A stretch of DNA of 62,611 nt, filler included. It is 7 parts of 7 records of this genome, joined end to end, with 100 filler letters (N's around TTAATTAATTAA, not from the genome) between each part and the next. Parts side by side here need not be neighbours in the genome. Positions count along the whole stretch, not along the records: positions 51,583 to 57,420 come from DRR723986_19673; positions 57,521 to 62,611 come from DRR723986_19687; 5 more parts are not named here. The stretch is one strand, 5' to 3'. The notes beneath the pieces are model-generated. The model saw nothing but the letters and a program-made list of their open reading frames with translations. It ran no database searches and was not told the DNA's origin. Of this stretch, positions 51,583 to 62,611 are shown one piece after another (position 1 is the first letter of the stretch; every line of letters starts with the position of its first letter). The translations under genes and the position numbers were made by a program.

Positions 51583-52767
51583 GGTTGAGGTCACGCCCTC
51601 TAGTCGAAATGAAGTTAGACCCGCAACCATATTCGGATCGTCTGGTGTTAACACAGTTAAGCCCTTGAGTTTACGTGCTTCATCAACCCAAAGGCTTCGA
51701 AGGTAGCGCAAACGCGCTTCTTTATCTGCGGTGCCAATTTGGCTGTGAAATTCCAGCGCTTTTGGAATACTCATATGAGCGGCCATATTAGCAGTGCCGG
51801 TATCAACGCGCGCTGTTACTTTGTCTGAGCCTGGGTTTTTGCCCATATAAGTGTCAATGCTATCAATTCGACTTTTGTTGATGTAAATAACGCCGCATCC
51901 TATTGGGGCACCAACCCATTTGTGTAGGTTAACACCGACAAAGTCGCAGCCTAGCTGTTTAATACTGAAATCAACTTGCCCCACAGAATGCGCCGCATCC
52001 AAAATTATGTCGATCCCCCGGCTTTTGGCCATTGCGGCAATTTTGGCAACGGGAATGATAAGGCCTGTCCAATTATTCAAATGTGTGAGTAGTAATAGTT
52101 TTGTGTTTGGATTTGCGTCCAACGACTGTTCATAAAATGAGAGTATATCATTTTCAGTTAACGGCTTGTCTTTTGTCGGTTCCGGGAAGTTTATTTTAAC
52201 AGGTAATACGCCGCGCCGGTCAGCCAACCAACGCATGGCATTTTTCATTTCCGAGTAGTCCAGGTCTGCGTATAAAACCGTGTCACCGGGCGATAGTTTA
52301 TTGTAACTGCCAATTAAGGCTTGCAAAGATTCTGTTGCACCCCGGGTGAGGGCAATCTCATTTGCGTCTACCATAAGAAAATCAGCAACTTGTTGACGAA
52401 GGTCAGCATAGGTAGACCCTAAGTCCCAGCGAGCAAAATTGGTGTTTTCCCGGTTTACCCAAGCACTAAGCCGCTGATACTCGTTAAGAACTGGCTTGGC
52501 CATGATACCCCAATAGCCGTTTTCAAGGTTAGTGATGCTTGGAGTGACGTCATATTGCGCTGCAACTAGCCCCCACACAGATTCTGTTTGAGCACTATTT
52601 TCAGGTGTGCGGCTAATACGAACAATTGTTGAATCAGATTGGTTCCCCGCGTAGACCTTACCAGCCAACGCTACGCTCGCGACCCCCGCTGCTGTTCCGT
52701 TGCGTATAAAGTTGCGACGCGAAACACTGCGATTTTTGTTTGTTTCGCTTTTTTTATATGTGCTCAT
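51583..52767 (-). CDS. Tat-exported class V PLP enzyme (isopenicillin N epimerase-like), 3'-truncated
   Basis: SRRNFI Tat motif; NLENG, TRGATE, DAAHSVG, NLHKW.GAP.G.G. Confidence 0.85.
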
Positions 52768-52776
52768 AATGGACCC

Positions 52777-53610
52777 TTAATCGCGGTAAAGAATGAAAAC
52801 AGATGCGAGTAATACTGCATCTTTTAGAAGAAAATGGCCAGCGCCAGCCAAATTCGGGAAGCCACCTGACCAACTAGCAGAAAATGTAACAAGAAAGCTG
52901 AGCGTTGCAATAAGGGTGGCGGCGGTTATTAGCAGCCCCAGTTCATAGGCTTTACGGTTCCACCAATGAGCGGTTAGGAGTAAAACAGTTAATAGCTCAA
53001 TACTGCCAATGATGTTGGAAGCGGTTTGTTTGCCAAAGTCGACAATCCACCAATTAAATAGAGGGCTGGATGTCAGAAGCGGCCATACGCCATCAGCTTC
53101 AGGGCTGGTGAATTTCATTGCACCGATCCAGCCGAGAACAACAATCAGGCCGATAAGCATTAGCTCGCGTGCGCCCTTAAAGTTCAAAAACCACAAAGCC
53201 ACACCCATAATGGTGATGTATTTGATAAGGCCCTGACCACTACCAATAGCCGGAAAGCCACCTAAGTTTTTTATCCAGACAGGGTTGGTCAGCAAAAGGC
53301 TCAATGCGCCAAGTGAAATGAGTGCAATAAAGCCGTAGCTCATGCGTTTATATCGCTGAGGAATTGAATATATTGCTATTAACAAGCCAATCACCGTCTG
53401 GATTGCACCCAAACCAAGTGCAATATTGGCTTTATGAGTTTTCAATTGCGAAGCAAAGGGATGCGCATCAACCCATTGTGCAATGGAACTTGCGGTCTGC
53501 CCGCTAAGGTTCATCAAACCGAACCAAATAAAAAGTCCAGATAGAGACAAAACAGCAATCAAATGGGCGCCTGAGGCCGATGGCATGATGCGATTGATGA
53601 TTGCTTGCAT
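52777..53610 (-). CDS. Membrane protein with tandem DUF417 (YkgB/RclC-like) domains
   Basis: Second half WIGAMKFTSPEADG..SP..TLSFL..GHFLLKD; first half a degenerate copy (WFGLMN..LSLL.T.P..GQGLIK). Confidence 0.75.
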   Translation of the reverse strand: MQAIINRIMPSASGAHLIAVLSLSGLFIWFGLMNLSGQTASSIAQWVDAHPFASQLKTHKANIALGLGAIQTVIGLLIAIYSIPQRYKRMSYGFIALISLGALSLLLTNPVWIKNLGGFPAIGSGQGLIKYITIMGVALWFLNFKGARELMLIGLIVVLGWIGAMKFTSPEADGVWPLLTSSPLFNWWIVDFGKQTASNIIGSIELLTVLLLTAHWWNRKAYELGLLITAATLIATLSFLVTFSASWSGGFPNLAGAGHFLLKDAVLLASVFILYRD

Positions 53611-53677
53611 AAGTCCCTCCCTTGAAACGAACAGTGCGATGATATTAGGGCAGGGTCAAGGCTAAGGCTTAAAGCCG

Positions 53678-55576
53678 TTATTCGGCGTTTGCTTTAGCCG
53701 CGGCATAAGTCTCTTCAGCTTTTATCCATTTGGCTTCTGCTGCAGATATATCTTCCTTAATCGCACGGAGTTTCAGCTGCAAACGAGTAACGACTCTTGC
53801 GGCTTCGTCGTCCTGATCGTCGTACAAATCCGGGTTTGCCAATTCTGATTCTATAACAGCTTTTTTCTCCTCATATTTTGCGACGTCTTTTTCGGCGTTT
53901 TCCACGGCTCGTTTCATTGGGGCCAGTTGCTTGCGTTTTTCTGCGGCTAGCTTGCGTGCTTCTTTTTTGTTTATGCCTTGGCGTGGTCCACGTTTTTGAG
54001 CACGGTCGCCTGCACGTGCCGCTAGTAAGTGTTTTCGGTAGTCTTCAAGGTCACCTTCAAATGTTTTTACGTCGCCGTCTTCAACAATCCACAATCGGTC
54101 CACGCATGCATCAACAAGATGTCGGTCGTGGCTTATCAGCAAAACCGCGCCATCGTAGCCATTTATCGCATGAATAAGGGCTTCACGACTGTCTACATCC
54201 AAATGGTTGGTAGGCTCATCGAGAATCAATAGTTGTGGCTTTTTGAAAGTGGCGATGGCGAACATTAGCCGCGCTTTTTCGCCGCCCGACAGACTATCAA
54301 CAGGCCGTGTTGCCTTGTCTGCACCAAAACCAAAACTCCCTAATCGTCCTCTTACCTTAGATTCGATAGCATCGGGCATTAGTTTGGTCATGTGAAATAG
54401 AGGTGTTTCGGTAGATACAAGTTCATCAAGCTGGTGCTGGGCAAAATACCCGATGCCCAGCACGCGAGACTTAATCATCTTGCCTTCCATAGGTGCAAGC
54501 TTGCTGGCCAGCAATTTGGCGAAGGTTGATTTGCCATTACCGTTTGCGCCCAAAAGTGCGATACGGTCATCCATATCAATACGCAGGTCCAGTTTTTTAA
54601 GGATAGGGTTATTCTCTTCATATCCAACGCTGGCTTCTTCAAGAACAATTAATGGGGATGACAAGGGTTCAGGTTTTGGAAAATTAAATGGTATTGTGTG
54701 TGCTTCAACCATTGTCACAATTGGTTTCATGCGCGCCAGCGCTTTCATGCGGCTTTGAGCTTGCTTTGCTTTACTGGCTTTTGCTTGAAACCTGTCAACG
54801 AAGGACTGGATGTGTCTGCGTTCATTTTCCTGCTTGGACTTGAGCGCCATCTGGTGTTCCATTTGCTGACGACGCAATTGCTCGAAACGGTCGTAACCGC
54901 CTGTGTAGCTATTTAGCTTGCCGTTTTCCAAGTGAATGATGTGCGTGACCGCCTTGTTAAGCAAATCACGGTCATGGCTGACAATAATAACGGTGTAGGG
55001 GTATGAACGCAGGAAGTTCTCCAGCCACATCACGCCTTCGAGGTCCAGATAGTTGGTTGGCTCATCAAGCAACAGAAGGTCAGGTTCGTTAAATAAAACA
55101 CAGGCGAGGGCAACGCGCATACGCCAGCCACCAGAATAGCTGCTGCACGGCCTAGCTTGAGCCTCTTCGTCAAACCCCAGGCCAGACAAAATTGTGGCAG
55201 CGCGAGGTTCTGCCGAATGCGCACCAATATCTGCTAATCGTGTATGGATTTCAGCAATTCGGTTAGGCTCCGTCGCGGTTTCAGCCTCTGCCTCCAAGGC
55301 AGCCATTTCATGGTTCGAATCGAGCACTGTTCTTAAAAGGCTTTGCGGTCCGCCGGGAGCTTCTTGACCAACATGACCAATTCGGGCGGTTGCCCTAACC
55401 GTTATATCTCCGGCTTCAGGGCTGAGCTCTTTTAGTATCATTTTGAGCAAAGTTGACTTGCCAGCACCGTTACGGCCCACAAGACCCACTTTATGACCGG
55501 GCGGTACCGCAACTGTTGCGCCTTCAAACAAGAGGCGGTCAGCGATGCGAAAAGTAATATCATTTATATGAAGCAT
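53678..55576 (-). CDS. ABC-F family ATPase (YheS-like)
   Basis: Two ABC cassettes ([17 protein letters not shown] and [18 protein letters not shown]), no TM, coiled-coil tail. Confidence 0.93.
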   Translation of the reverse strand: MLHINDITFRIADRLLFEGATVAVPPGHKVGLVGRNGAGKSTLLKMILKELSPEAGDITVRATARIGHVGQEAPGGPQSLLRTVLDSNHEMAALEAEAETATEPNRIAEIHTRLADIGAHSAEPRAATILSGLGFDEEAQARPCSSYSGGWRMRVALACVLFNEPDLLLLDEPTNYLDLEGVMWLENFLRSYPYTVIIVSHDRDLLNKAVTHIIHLENGKLNSYTGGYDRFEQLRRQQMEHQMALKSKQENERRHIQSFVDRFQAKASKAKQAQSRMKALARMKPIVTMVEAHTIPFNFPKPEPLSSPLIVLEEASVGYEENNPILKKLDLRIDMDDRIALLGANGNGKSTFAKLLASKLAPMEGKMIKSRVLGIGYFAQHQLDELVSTETPLFHMTKLMPDAIESKVRGRLGSFGFGADKATRPVDSLSGGEKARLMFAIATFKKPQLLILDEPTNHLDVDSREALIHAINGYDGAVLLISHDRHLVDACVDRLWIVEDGDVKTFEGDLEDYRKHLLAARAGDRAQKRGPRQGINKKEARKLAAEKRKQLAPMKRAVENAEKDVAKYEEKKAVIESELANPDLYDDQDDEAARVVTRLQLKLRAIKEDISAAEAKWIKAEETYAAAKANAE

Positions 55577-55703
55577 AGCCCGGCACCTATCACAAGTAAG
55601 CGCAGGCTGCAAAGCAAAGCTTGGCAAGAACCAACATTGTGGTTATAAGGCGCGCGAATCAACCGTTAACGCATTTATGCATAACTATTTAAGGGATAGC
55701 TCC

Positions 55704-56126
55704 ATGGCTCTCGAACAGACCTTCTCAATAATTAAACCTGATGCAACAAACCGCAACCTTACGGGTGCTGTTAATGCCATGTTTGAAAAAGCTGGCCTTC
55801 GCATTGTAGCGCAAAAGCGTATTCACATGACTCGTGGTCAGGCTGAAACTTTTTACGCTGTTCACAGCGAGCGCCCATTTTTCGGCGAACTGGTTGAATT
55901 CATGACATCTGCACCTGTGGTTGTGCAGGTTCTTGAAGGTGAAAACGCTGTTCTGGCACACCGTGAAGTTATGGGCGCCACTAACCCTGCTGAAGCGGCT
56001 GAAGGTACTGTGCGTAAAGCTTTTGCACTCTCTATCGGTGAGAATTCAGTTCATGGTTCTGATAGCCTTGAAAATGCAGCAATTGAAATTGCTCAGTTCT
56101 TTTCAGGTAATGAAATAGTCGGTTAA
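55704..56126 (+). CDS. ndk: Nucleoside diphosphate kinase
   Basis: [23 protein letters not shown]. Confidence 0.97.
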   Translation: MALEQTFSIIKPDATNRNLTGAVNAMFEKAGLRIVAQKRIHMTRGQAETFYAVHSERPFFGELVEFMTSAPVVVQVLEGENAVLAHREVMGATNPAEAAEGTVRKAFALSIGENSVHGSDSLENAAIEIAQFFSGNEIVG

Positions 56127-57274
56127 TCAGCAGCGCTGGTTACGACAGATTCTATTATGGGCGCATCCTCTTTGGGTGCGCCTTTTTTCGTTTCGTCATG
56201 CCGTAAACGTGACGCCGGGAACATAACCCTGACATCGGTTCCTTTACCTCGCTGTGATGTGATTTCTACCGCACCCTTGTGCAGCTCAGTGAACCGCTTA
56301 ACCAAGGTTAAGCCAAGGCCTGAACCCATTTGGTTGCGGGGTTTGGCTTCAGATAACTGCGTGAAAGGCTCTAAAGCAAGCTTTGCTTCATCGGGTGACA
56401 TACCAATGCCTGTGTCCTGAACAAGTATCGTTATGCCTTGAACCGGGCTGACGCTAACAGAACATGTTACAGTGCCGCCATCGGTAATGAACTTAATGCC
56501 GTTTGAAAGCAGGTTAAGAACAATTTGCTTTACGAGGCGTTGATCAGCAAAAATCATTGTAGTGCCTGCCAAAGGCCGCGAAAGCTTCACATTTGATTTA
56601 CTTGCATCGCCGGATAACACAAACAGACACTGGTTTATAACGTCTTCTAGACTAAAAACTTCTTCCTGGATTTTATACTCTTTATTCTGCATTTGCGACA
56701 GGGTGAGTATATCGTCAATAGTGCCAAGCAGATGGTTACTGCTCCTTAAAATAACTTCACTATATTCAGCATATTCTTCCAAGGACAGTTTACGGTACTT
56801 TGCGTCCGACATTATTTCAGAAAAACCGATGATGGCGGTGAGTGGTGTTTTGAGTTCGTGGCTTATTGCAGACAAAAACTGGTCTTTAGCTTTATTGGCG
56901 TGTCCTGCCTCAGAAAGGGCTACTTTCAGTTCTTCTTCTGCAATTTCGCGCTGCTGAATTTCATTTTTAAGCCGGAATGCCATGCGTAGCCATTCAGTAA
57001 AACCTATACTGAACATGAGGCCGCCGGGCGCATACCCCAATACAGGGACGATAAAGTCCCAGCCTTCTTCGTCGGTATAAGCCAGCATGAGATATTCAAA
57101 CGGTGTTTCTTCAAGGTAATTAAAGAAACTGGCAAGTAGAAACAGGGCTAGACCTGCGAATATCCAGCCAAAACCATGAACATCAACAACTGTTTGCCTG
57201 TATAGCCGGATAAATAGAGCGAACACGAAAATGGCCGCCAAAAAAAGTGCCATGTCTGGATGGATAAATTCCAT
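56123..57274 (-). CDS. Membrane sensor histidine kinase
   Basis: 3 N-terminal TMs; SHELKTPL H-box, [20 protein letters not shown]. Confidence 0.92.
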   Translation of the reverse strand: MEFIHPDMALFLAAIFVFALFIRLYRQTVVDVHGFGWIFAGLALFLLASFFNYLEETPFEYLMLAYTDEEGWDFIVPVLGYAPGGLMFSIGFTEWLRMAFRLKNEIQQREIAEEELKVALSEAGHANKAKDQFLSAISHELKTPLTAIIGFSEIMSDAKYRKLSLEEYAEYSEVILRSSNHLLGTIDDILTLSQMQNKEYKIQEEVFSLEDVINQCLFVLSGDASKSNVKLSRPLAGTTMIFADQRLVKQIVLNLLSNGIKFITDGGTVTCSVSVSPVQGITILVQDTGIGMSPDEAKLALEPFTQLSEAKPRNQMGSGLGLTLVKRFTELHKGAVEITSQRGKGTDVRVMFPASRLRHDETKKGAPKEDAPIIESVVTSAAD

Positions 57275-57420
57275 AAACTCTTATGCGCCCGTTTATTCTA
57301 CATTAGCTATTATAGGGTAACGCATTTGTCCATAGCAAGGGTTATGGCGGTTAAGCAAATAGAGTTACTCAACTTTTGGGCTGATCAGTCCATTGGTGTT
57401 GAGCTCAATATTTTTAAATA

Positions 57421-57520
57421 NNNNNNNNNNNNNNNNNNNNNNNNNNNNNNNNNNNNNNNNNNNNTTAATTAATTAANNNNNNNNNNNNNNNNNNNNNNNN
57501 NNNNNNNNNNNNNNNNNNNN
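57421..57520. other. Artificial contig spacer
   Basis: Same linker. Confidence 0.98.
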
Positions 57521-57524
57521 CGGT

Positions 57525-57548
57525 TGCAGGCAGGCTGCCTGCACTACG
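57525..57548. repeat. GTAG-type REP-like palindrome (copy 1)
   Basis: TGCAGGCAGGCTGCCTGCACTACG; 23/24 identical to 62588-62611. Confidence 0.8.
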
Positions 57549-58040
57549 TTGCAACTTTGGGCTCACTTGCTACCGATTTGTCATGTAGGAAGGTCGGAAT
57601 TTGCGCCAGATTTTGAAAATAGACCTCCCAAATAGCGGCAGCTTAATTGCCCTTAGTTGTTTTTCTGGCGAACAAGGTTTGCCCTTCCCGCAGATTCGCG
57701 CCTGGTGGTATCGCAAAGAGACGTAAAGCTTGGAATTACGAGCTATTCTCAGAAGTTTCCCGCGCCTATACTGACAGTCTGAGTGGCCATTGCTGTTAGC
57801 CCATAACTGCGATAGTCGCTCCTCCTTGTCCCGAAAACCAGCTCAACGATCCTCCTAGCTAGGGTCGCCAAACAACACCCCTGTAGCTGGCAAACCACGA
57901 TCGAAGCCCCGGTAGTTTGGTCAACTACCTGCGAATCGGTCCGACTGATCACCCACTAGTCCACCCGCCCACCTGCGCGCTTGTGTTGAGCTCTTATGCT
58001 TGGAACTGCTGCGCTGCCTTCCTGTTCAGGAGTCCTCAAC

Positions 58041-59528
58041 ATGACCGGACAACGACCTTCACGTAATCGTGAAGATCGATCGCCTCGACGCGACCCACCG
58101 TTGCGTCGAAGAGGAAACCAACCCTCAAGCGAAGTTGAGCAACGACTTCGTGAATTGGATTCCGAGCGCGATCCGATGTCACTGGCTGAAGAGATCGCTC
58201 GCGAAGCTCGCCAGAACAAAACCAAACTAACTCGACCAGACAGCGATTCTGGTGCGACGAAGCAGCAGTCCAGTTTTGCCGAACTGCAAGCCATGGATGC
58301 TGAGTCGTTGGCTCAGGCTGCCGCCGATGAAGGCGTTGAGCCGGGTGAGCTGAGCAAGAAGCAACTGATCTTCCAAATCCTCAAAGCGCGACTCAAGAAC
58401 GATGGCTTGATGTTCGGTGAGGGAACTCTGGAAATTTTGCCAGACGGATTCGGCTTCCTACGCAGCGCCAGTCACCACTATGTGTCGTGCCCAGACGATA
58501 TCTACATTTCGCCCAGTCAAATCCGTCGATTCGGTTTGCAAACCGGTTCCACCGTTGCAGGGCAGATTCGTCCGCCTAAAGAAAACGAACGATACTTTGC
58601 GCTCTTGCGTGTCGAGGCGATCAATTTTAACGATCCGGACCAACGTCACCGACGCGTCGGCTTTGACGACCTGACACCGCTGCATCCCGACGGTCGCATT
58701 GTACTTGAACGTGAACCGGAGGAAATGGAAACTCGCGTCATCGACATGATGGCTCCGATTGGTTTCGGTCAACGCGGTTTGATCGTTAGTCCACCTCGCG
58801 CTGGCAAGACGATGCTAATGCAGAAAATGGCGCGGTCGGTTCTGTCCAACTACCCCGATGCCTATGTCATGATGCTGCTGGTCGACGAACGTCCGGAAGA
58901 AGTCACGGACATGGAGCGGGAGGTAAAGGGGCCGAACTGCGAAGTCGTCAGCAGCACTTTCGATGAGCCATCTTCGCGGCACGTTCAAGTCGCTCACATG
59001 GTGCTGGAAAAGGCCAAGCGGATGGTAGAGTACGGCGTGGACGTCGTCATCTTCATGGACAGCATCACGCGCTTCGCCCGAGCTTGGAACAGCGAATGTC
59101 CGCCAAGTGGCAAAGTCCTGACCGGCGGCTTGGACGCGAACGCTCTTCAGAAACCCAAGGCGTTCTTCGGATCTGCTCGGAAGGTTGAAGAAGGCGGTTC
59201 GTTGACAATCATCGCCACGGCCCTGGTCGACACGGGCAGCCGAATGGACGAGGTTATCTTTGAAGAATTCAAAGGTACCGGAAACCTTGAAATTGTGCTC
59301 GACCGCAGTTTAGTCGATCGACGCATTTGGCCAGCCATCGACATCAACAGCAGCGGCACTCGACGCGAAGAGATACTGATGGACGAAGACGAGCATCGAC
59401 GCGTGTCCGCTCTGCGGCGCGTGCTGAGCGGGATGAATCCGCCCGATGCCATGGAAAAACTACTTGAGCGAATGTCGAAGTCGAAGACGAACGCAGAATT
59501 CTTGATGGGACTCAAGATCGATGAGTAA
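58041..59528 (+). CDS. rho: Transcription termination factor Rho
   Basis: [37 protein letters not shown]. Confidence 0.97.
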   Translation: MTGQRPSRNREDRSPRRDPPLRRRGNQPSSEVEQRLRELDSERDPMSLAEEIAREARQNKTKLTRPDSDSGATKQQSSFAELQAMDAESLAQAAADEGVEPGELSKKQLIFQILKARLKNDGLMFGEGTLEILPDGFGFLRSASHHYVSCPDDIYISPSQIRRFGLQTGSTVAGQIRPPKENERYFALLRVEAINFNDPDQRHRRVGFDDLTPLHPDGRIVLEREPEEMETRVIDMMAPIGFGQRGLIVSPPRAGKTMLMQKMARSVLSNYPDAYVMMLLVDERPEEVTDMEREVKGPNCEVVSSTFDEPSSRHVQVAHMVLEKAKRMVEYGVDVVIFMDSITRFARAWNSECPPSGKVLTGGLDANALQKPKAFFGSARKVEEGGSLTIIATALVDTGSRMDEVIFEEFKGTGNLEIVLDRSLVDRRIWPAIDINSSGTRREEILMDEDEHRRVSALRRVLSGMNPPDAMEKLLERMSKSKTNAEFLMGLKIDE

Positions 59529-59934
59529 AAAAATTGGAGTGATTGTCTCCACATACAACCAGAACATTACGCGTCGCCTGAAAGAGGGAGCGATCGAAAC
59601 CTTCGTCAACGGCGGTTTTGAATCGGCGAACGTTATTGTTCAAGAGGTGCCGGGCGCGTGGGAATTGCCGCTGGCAGCCAAACGCCTGCTTGAGAACGAT
59701 GAAGTCGTTGGTGTCGCTACACTCGGTGCCGTCATTCGTGGCGAAACCTCGCACGACCAGCATATCAATCGCGCGGTGAGCAACGCCCTTATGGATTTGA
59801 TGCTCTACACCGGAAAGCCAGTTGGATTTGGCCTGTTGACCTGCAACACCTTGGAACAGGCGCTCAATCGTGCTGGTGGAGCGGTTGGCAACAAGGGCGT
59901 TGAAACCGCTGAGGCCGTTTTGGCAATGCTATAG
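59521..59934 (+). CDS. ribH: Lumazine synthase
   Basis: [22 protein letters not shown]; overlaps the rho stop. Confidence 0.95.
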   Translation: MSKKIGVIVSTYNQNITRRLKEGAIETFVNGGFESANVIVQEVPGAWELPLAAKRLLENDEVVGVATLGAVIRGETSHDQHINRAVSNALMDLMLYTGKPVGFGLLTCNTLEQALNRAGGAVGNKGVETAEAVLAML

Positions 59935-60037
59935 CCAGGCGATTGTGACACATCAGAAACGGCGTGCCTTTTCAATCAAGGTGCCGATTTGCTCATGTTG
60001 CTGCACCTGTGTCGTGGCAGCGGATCGCCCAGCTAGA

Positions 60038-60460
60038 CTACTTCTGCGCCCAGTAGTCAATCACCATGACCTTCTCCAAGTGCGGCTTGAGCACTTCGAC
60101 AAAAGCCTTGTGTGCCGGATGCGGCAAGTAGACCTCTCGGTCCTTCTCTGTTTTGAATGTCACGAGAAAACAGTGAGTGAATCCGTCGGCAAGCCCCTCG
60201 GGACTGTTGTCGGTTCCGAACTCAAAATCAGCTATCGTATCGATCTTGCTAGGAAGCTCACCGAACGCGTCCACCACTTTCTGGACGTCTTTCTCGCTGG
60301 ACGACTCCTTAAATTGAAACATTACCACATGTCGGAGCACTTTACTGTCCTTCTCTTTATCTGAACCGGTGGCTGGTCGAGTTGCGACAACTGCTGTAAT
60401 CCCGATCGCAGCAACCGTTGCAATCGTCAAGAATCGAGTAAGCGCGGGGCAGCATTGCAT
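60038..60460 (-). CDS. Dabb (stress-responsive A/B barrel) protein with signal peptide
   Basis: RHVVMFQFK, GFTHCF, YLPHPAH, VIDY. Confidence 0.88.
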   Translation of the reverse strand: MQCCPALTRFLTIATVAAIGITAVVATRPATGSDKEKDSKVLRHVVMFQFKESSSEKDVQKVVDAFGELPSKIDTIADFEFGTDNSPEGLADGFTHCFLVTFKTEKDREVYLPHPAHKAFVEVLKPHLEKVMVIDYWAQK

Positions 60461-60720
60461 GGCAGGAGCTTTCTGGTTGGAAATTTTGGTCAAGTCGGAA
60501 ATAGTGATGATCGAGGAGAACGGGCACTACAGTGGCTTTGGCACTCCCCGCCGTGATGAATTCTAGCTAAGTTATAGCCGCAGCGTTGACGCTTCGGTGC
60601 AAGGTTGGCCTCAAATTGTGGCGACCGCTTACTAACGAACTGAAAATCACCGTGTCGAGTGTCAAATCGCGACGGGTGTTAATGTTGACACTCTATTACA
60701 GTTAATACGCTGTCCTCCAA

Positions 60721-61710
60721 ATGGCACCGATACAAGGCATGACGGAGAAAGTGGACTCTACATCGACCGCCTCTGTCATCGCCAATTCGCAGCCAGCTCG
60801 AGGGCTATCTGCTGGCCGGGAATTCTTGTCCCTCGTACGCTTCAGCCACACCATTTTTGCGTTGCCGTTCGCATTACTGGCGTGCGTCATGGCGATCACT
60901 CAAGCACCGCCACTTGTTCTCACCACGCCTGCACTGGCGATGCGGATTGTTGCGGTCGTGATTTGCATGGTTACGGCTCGCAATGCAGCGATGGCTTTCA
61001 ATCGTATCGTCGACGTGGACATAGATCGAGAAAACCCACGGACCGCAGCTCGACATCTGGCCGCTGGGATTCTGACTCAGCGGCAGGTTTTTGTGTTTTT
61101 GATTGCGAACGTGGCGTTGTTCGTAGGCGCATGCCTTGCGTTTCTGCCGAACTGGCTTCCCTTAGCGGCCTCGTTGCCCGTGCTGGCCTGGCTGTGCGGT
61201 TACAGCTACGCGAAACGTTTCACCTCCGCGGCCCACCTGTGGCTGGGCGTCGCGCTGGCTTTATCACCGATTTGCACCTGGCTTGCAATTCGAGGGGAAA
61301 TTGTAGCTGCGGACCTACTGGAGCTGATTTCCCCCTGCGTGCTGGCTGCTGCAATTGCGTTTTGGGTCGCCGGTTTCGACATCATCTACGCTTGCCAAGA
61401 CGCCGAGTATGACCAAGGCAAAGGGTTGTTCAGTATCCCCTCCAGATTCGGCATCCCCGGAGCCCTAAAGATTTCCGCTGGCTTTCATGTCGTGATGTTA
61501 GTGATTCTGTCCGCGCTGCCGATCGTTTCGAGTCTTTCGTTGGGAGTCATCTATTGGGCGGCGTATTTCGTGGTTGCGGTTCTGGTCATTCGCCAGCACA
61601 CCCTCGTTCGCCCCGATGACCTAAGCCGAGTTGGTCAGGCCTTCTTCCAGATCAATGCAATCATCAGCCTCGGCTTCTGCAGCCTAGTCGCAATCGACTG
61701 TTTCCTATAG
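60721..61710 (+). CDS. UbiA-family prenyltransferase (MqnP-like)
   Basis: FSHTIFALPFA, AMAFNRIVD..D..NPRT, YSYAKRF, GFDIIYACQD. Confidence 0.88.
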   Translation: MAPIQGMTEKVDSTSTASVIANSQPARGLSAGREFLSLVRFSHTIFALPFALLACVMAITQAPPLVLTTPALAMRIVAVVICMVTARNAAMAFNRIVDVDIDRENPRTAARHLAAGILTQRQVFVFLIANVALFVGACLAFLPNWLPLAASLPVLAWLCGYSYAKRFTSAAHLWLGVALALSPICTWLAIRGEIVAADLLELISPCVLAAAIAFWVAGFDIIYACQDAEYDQGKGLFSIPSRFGIPGALKISAGFHVVMLVILSALPIVSSLSLGVIYWAAYFVVAVLVIRQHTLVRPDDLSRVGQAFFQINAIISLGFCSLVAIDCFL

Positions 61711-62010
61711 CGTCCCATTGCCCCTGTGAGTGTGCCTGTCCGAGAATAGCATGGTGCTCGGCACTGACTGAAGTCGTCGACGGCATTCGACGCTTCCCTG
61801 AACCGCCGTGATTGAATACTGCTACGTGAAAAACGTGTCTAAGTGGTTTGCGAAGCACTGCTGTTACGCACAGGTCCGATGAAGGATATAACGATGATGC
61901 GCGAGACAAAATTCGCTCTCCAAGCCCCAAGCAAAAAAACAGCTTAAGTGGCAAATATCTTGTCAGTCCCGCAAGGCTGCTCGGCCCCGACGCAACAATC
62001 ACTTCCGCCC

Positions 62011-62265
62011 ATGAAAATGGTAAAACGCCGCAATCCATATAAACCACCTGAGACGTCAGAATCTGAGGTAACAGTTCATCGAAGCCATCAACAAGCGTTG
62101 GCTGTCTGTCTTGCGATTTTCATTGCGATATGTTGCACTTATTTTTTTAGCTTAGCGGTTGAGTCACCACGGTACGCGATCCCTGGCATTGGCGGCCTTG
62201 GCCTTCTTGCGAATCTCTTGGTAAGCATTTGGATTCACAGAAGACGACGAAGAAAAGGGGACTAG
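62011..62265 (+). CDS. Small 2-TM hypothetical protein with NPYxPP motif
   Basis: NPYKPP followed by two hydrophobic helices and a basic tail. Confidence 0.5.
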   Translation: MKMVKRRNPYKPPETSESEVTVHRSHQQALAVCLAIFIAICCTYFFSLAVESPRYAIPGIGGLGLLANLLVSIWIHRRRRRKGD

Positions 62266-62587
62266 CCCCACCCGGCGGACGACCAACGTGCCCGCTCCGA
62301 TCTCCCTGTGCCTGCTACGCATATGGCAAAATGCTACATCAGTGACGCATGATCAACATCGTACGGGGGACGCCTCCCAATCAACCAGATGACCCTGTGC
62401 CTTAGTGCCTCCGTGAGACACTTTTAGGAGCAACATTGACTCGTTTGTGACGACTGTTGTAGCAGGGAAGATATCGAGCATCCAACGGATTTTCTTTCGA
62501 CGGACGAATATATTTAGCGATGCGTTCTTCGCGAAAATTGACGAGCGACTGCTGGCAAACTGCTTTCGTCACGGTGAGACTGAAGAA

Positions 62588-62611
62588 TGCAGGCAAGCTG
62601 CCTGCACTACG
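62588..62611. repeat. GTAG-type REP-like palindrome (copy 2)
   Basis: TGCAGGCAAGCTGCCTGCACTACG at the contig end. Confidence 0.8.

Noticed and set aside
57521-62611. Contig G as a circular element because of its terminal direct repeat
   Set aside because: The repeat is only 24 bp with a mismatch, is REP-like, and the content is core housekeeping (rho, ribH)

Overview
The window is not one genomic locus. It is seven unrelated contigs joined by six artificial 100-nt spacers (N-run, TTAATTAATTAA, N-run). A (1-18619): FCB-group/Bacteroidota-Chlorobiota-like organism, inferred from T9SS-type C-terminal domains. It has a truncated Ig-repeat surface protein and two paralogous Tat-exported DUF1800+DUF1501 operons. 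Between these operons lie (i) a PaaK-like adenylating enzyme, a divergent cysteine-synthase-like PLP enzyme and a TauE/SafE transporter, and (ii) two tandem 114-aa secreted C-x6-C paralogues followed by a TPR/thioredoxin lipoprotein. Item (ii) is the best candidate for an undescribed system. B (18720-24264) and D (36390-45727): Marinobacter-like housekeeping regions (haloalkane dehalogenase with Asn at the nucleophile, deaD, folA-thyA-lgt; katG, dusC, class I aldolase, an acyl-ACP-reductase-like fusion, CCGSCS peptide). C (24365-36289): Roseibium/Labrenzia-like alphaproteobacterium (FecR, GDPD, yceI-cytb-yceI, fumarase, L,D-transpeptidase, TetR/DUF1348, short DnaB-like ATPase, photolyase, moaA). 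E (45828-51482): Microbacteriaceae-like actinobacterium in which murL-murD2 sits where murI normally precedes rph-rdgB. F (51583-57420): alphaproteobacterium (Tat class V PLP enzyme, tandem DUF417, ABC-F, ndk, histidine kinase). G (57521-62611): planctomycete (rho-ribH, Dabb, UbiA/MqnP) with a GTAG-type REP at both ends. All taxonomy and products come from motif recognition by eye; no searches were run. No rRNA, tRNA, CRISPR array or transposase was seen.
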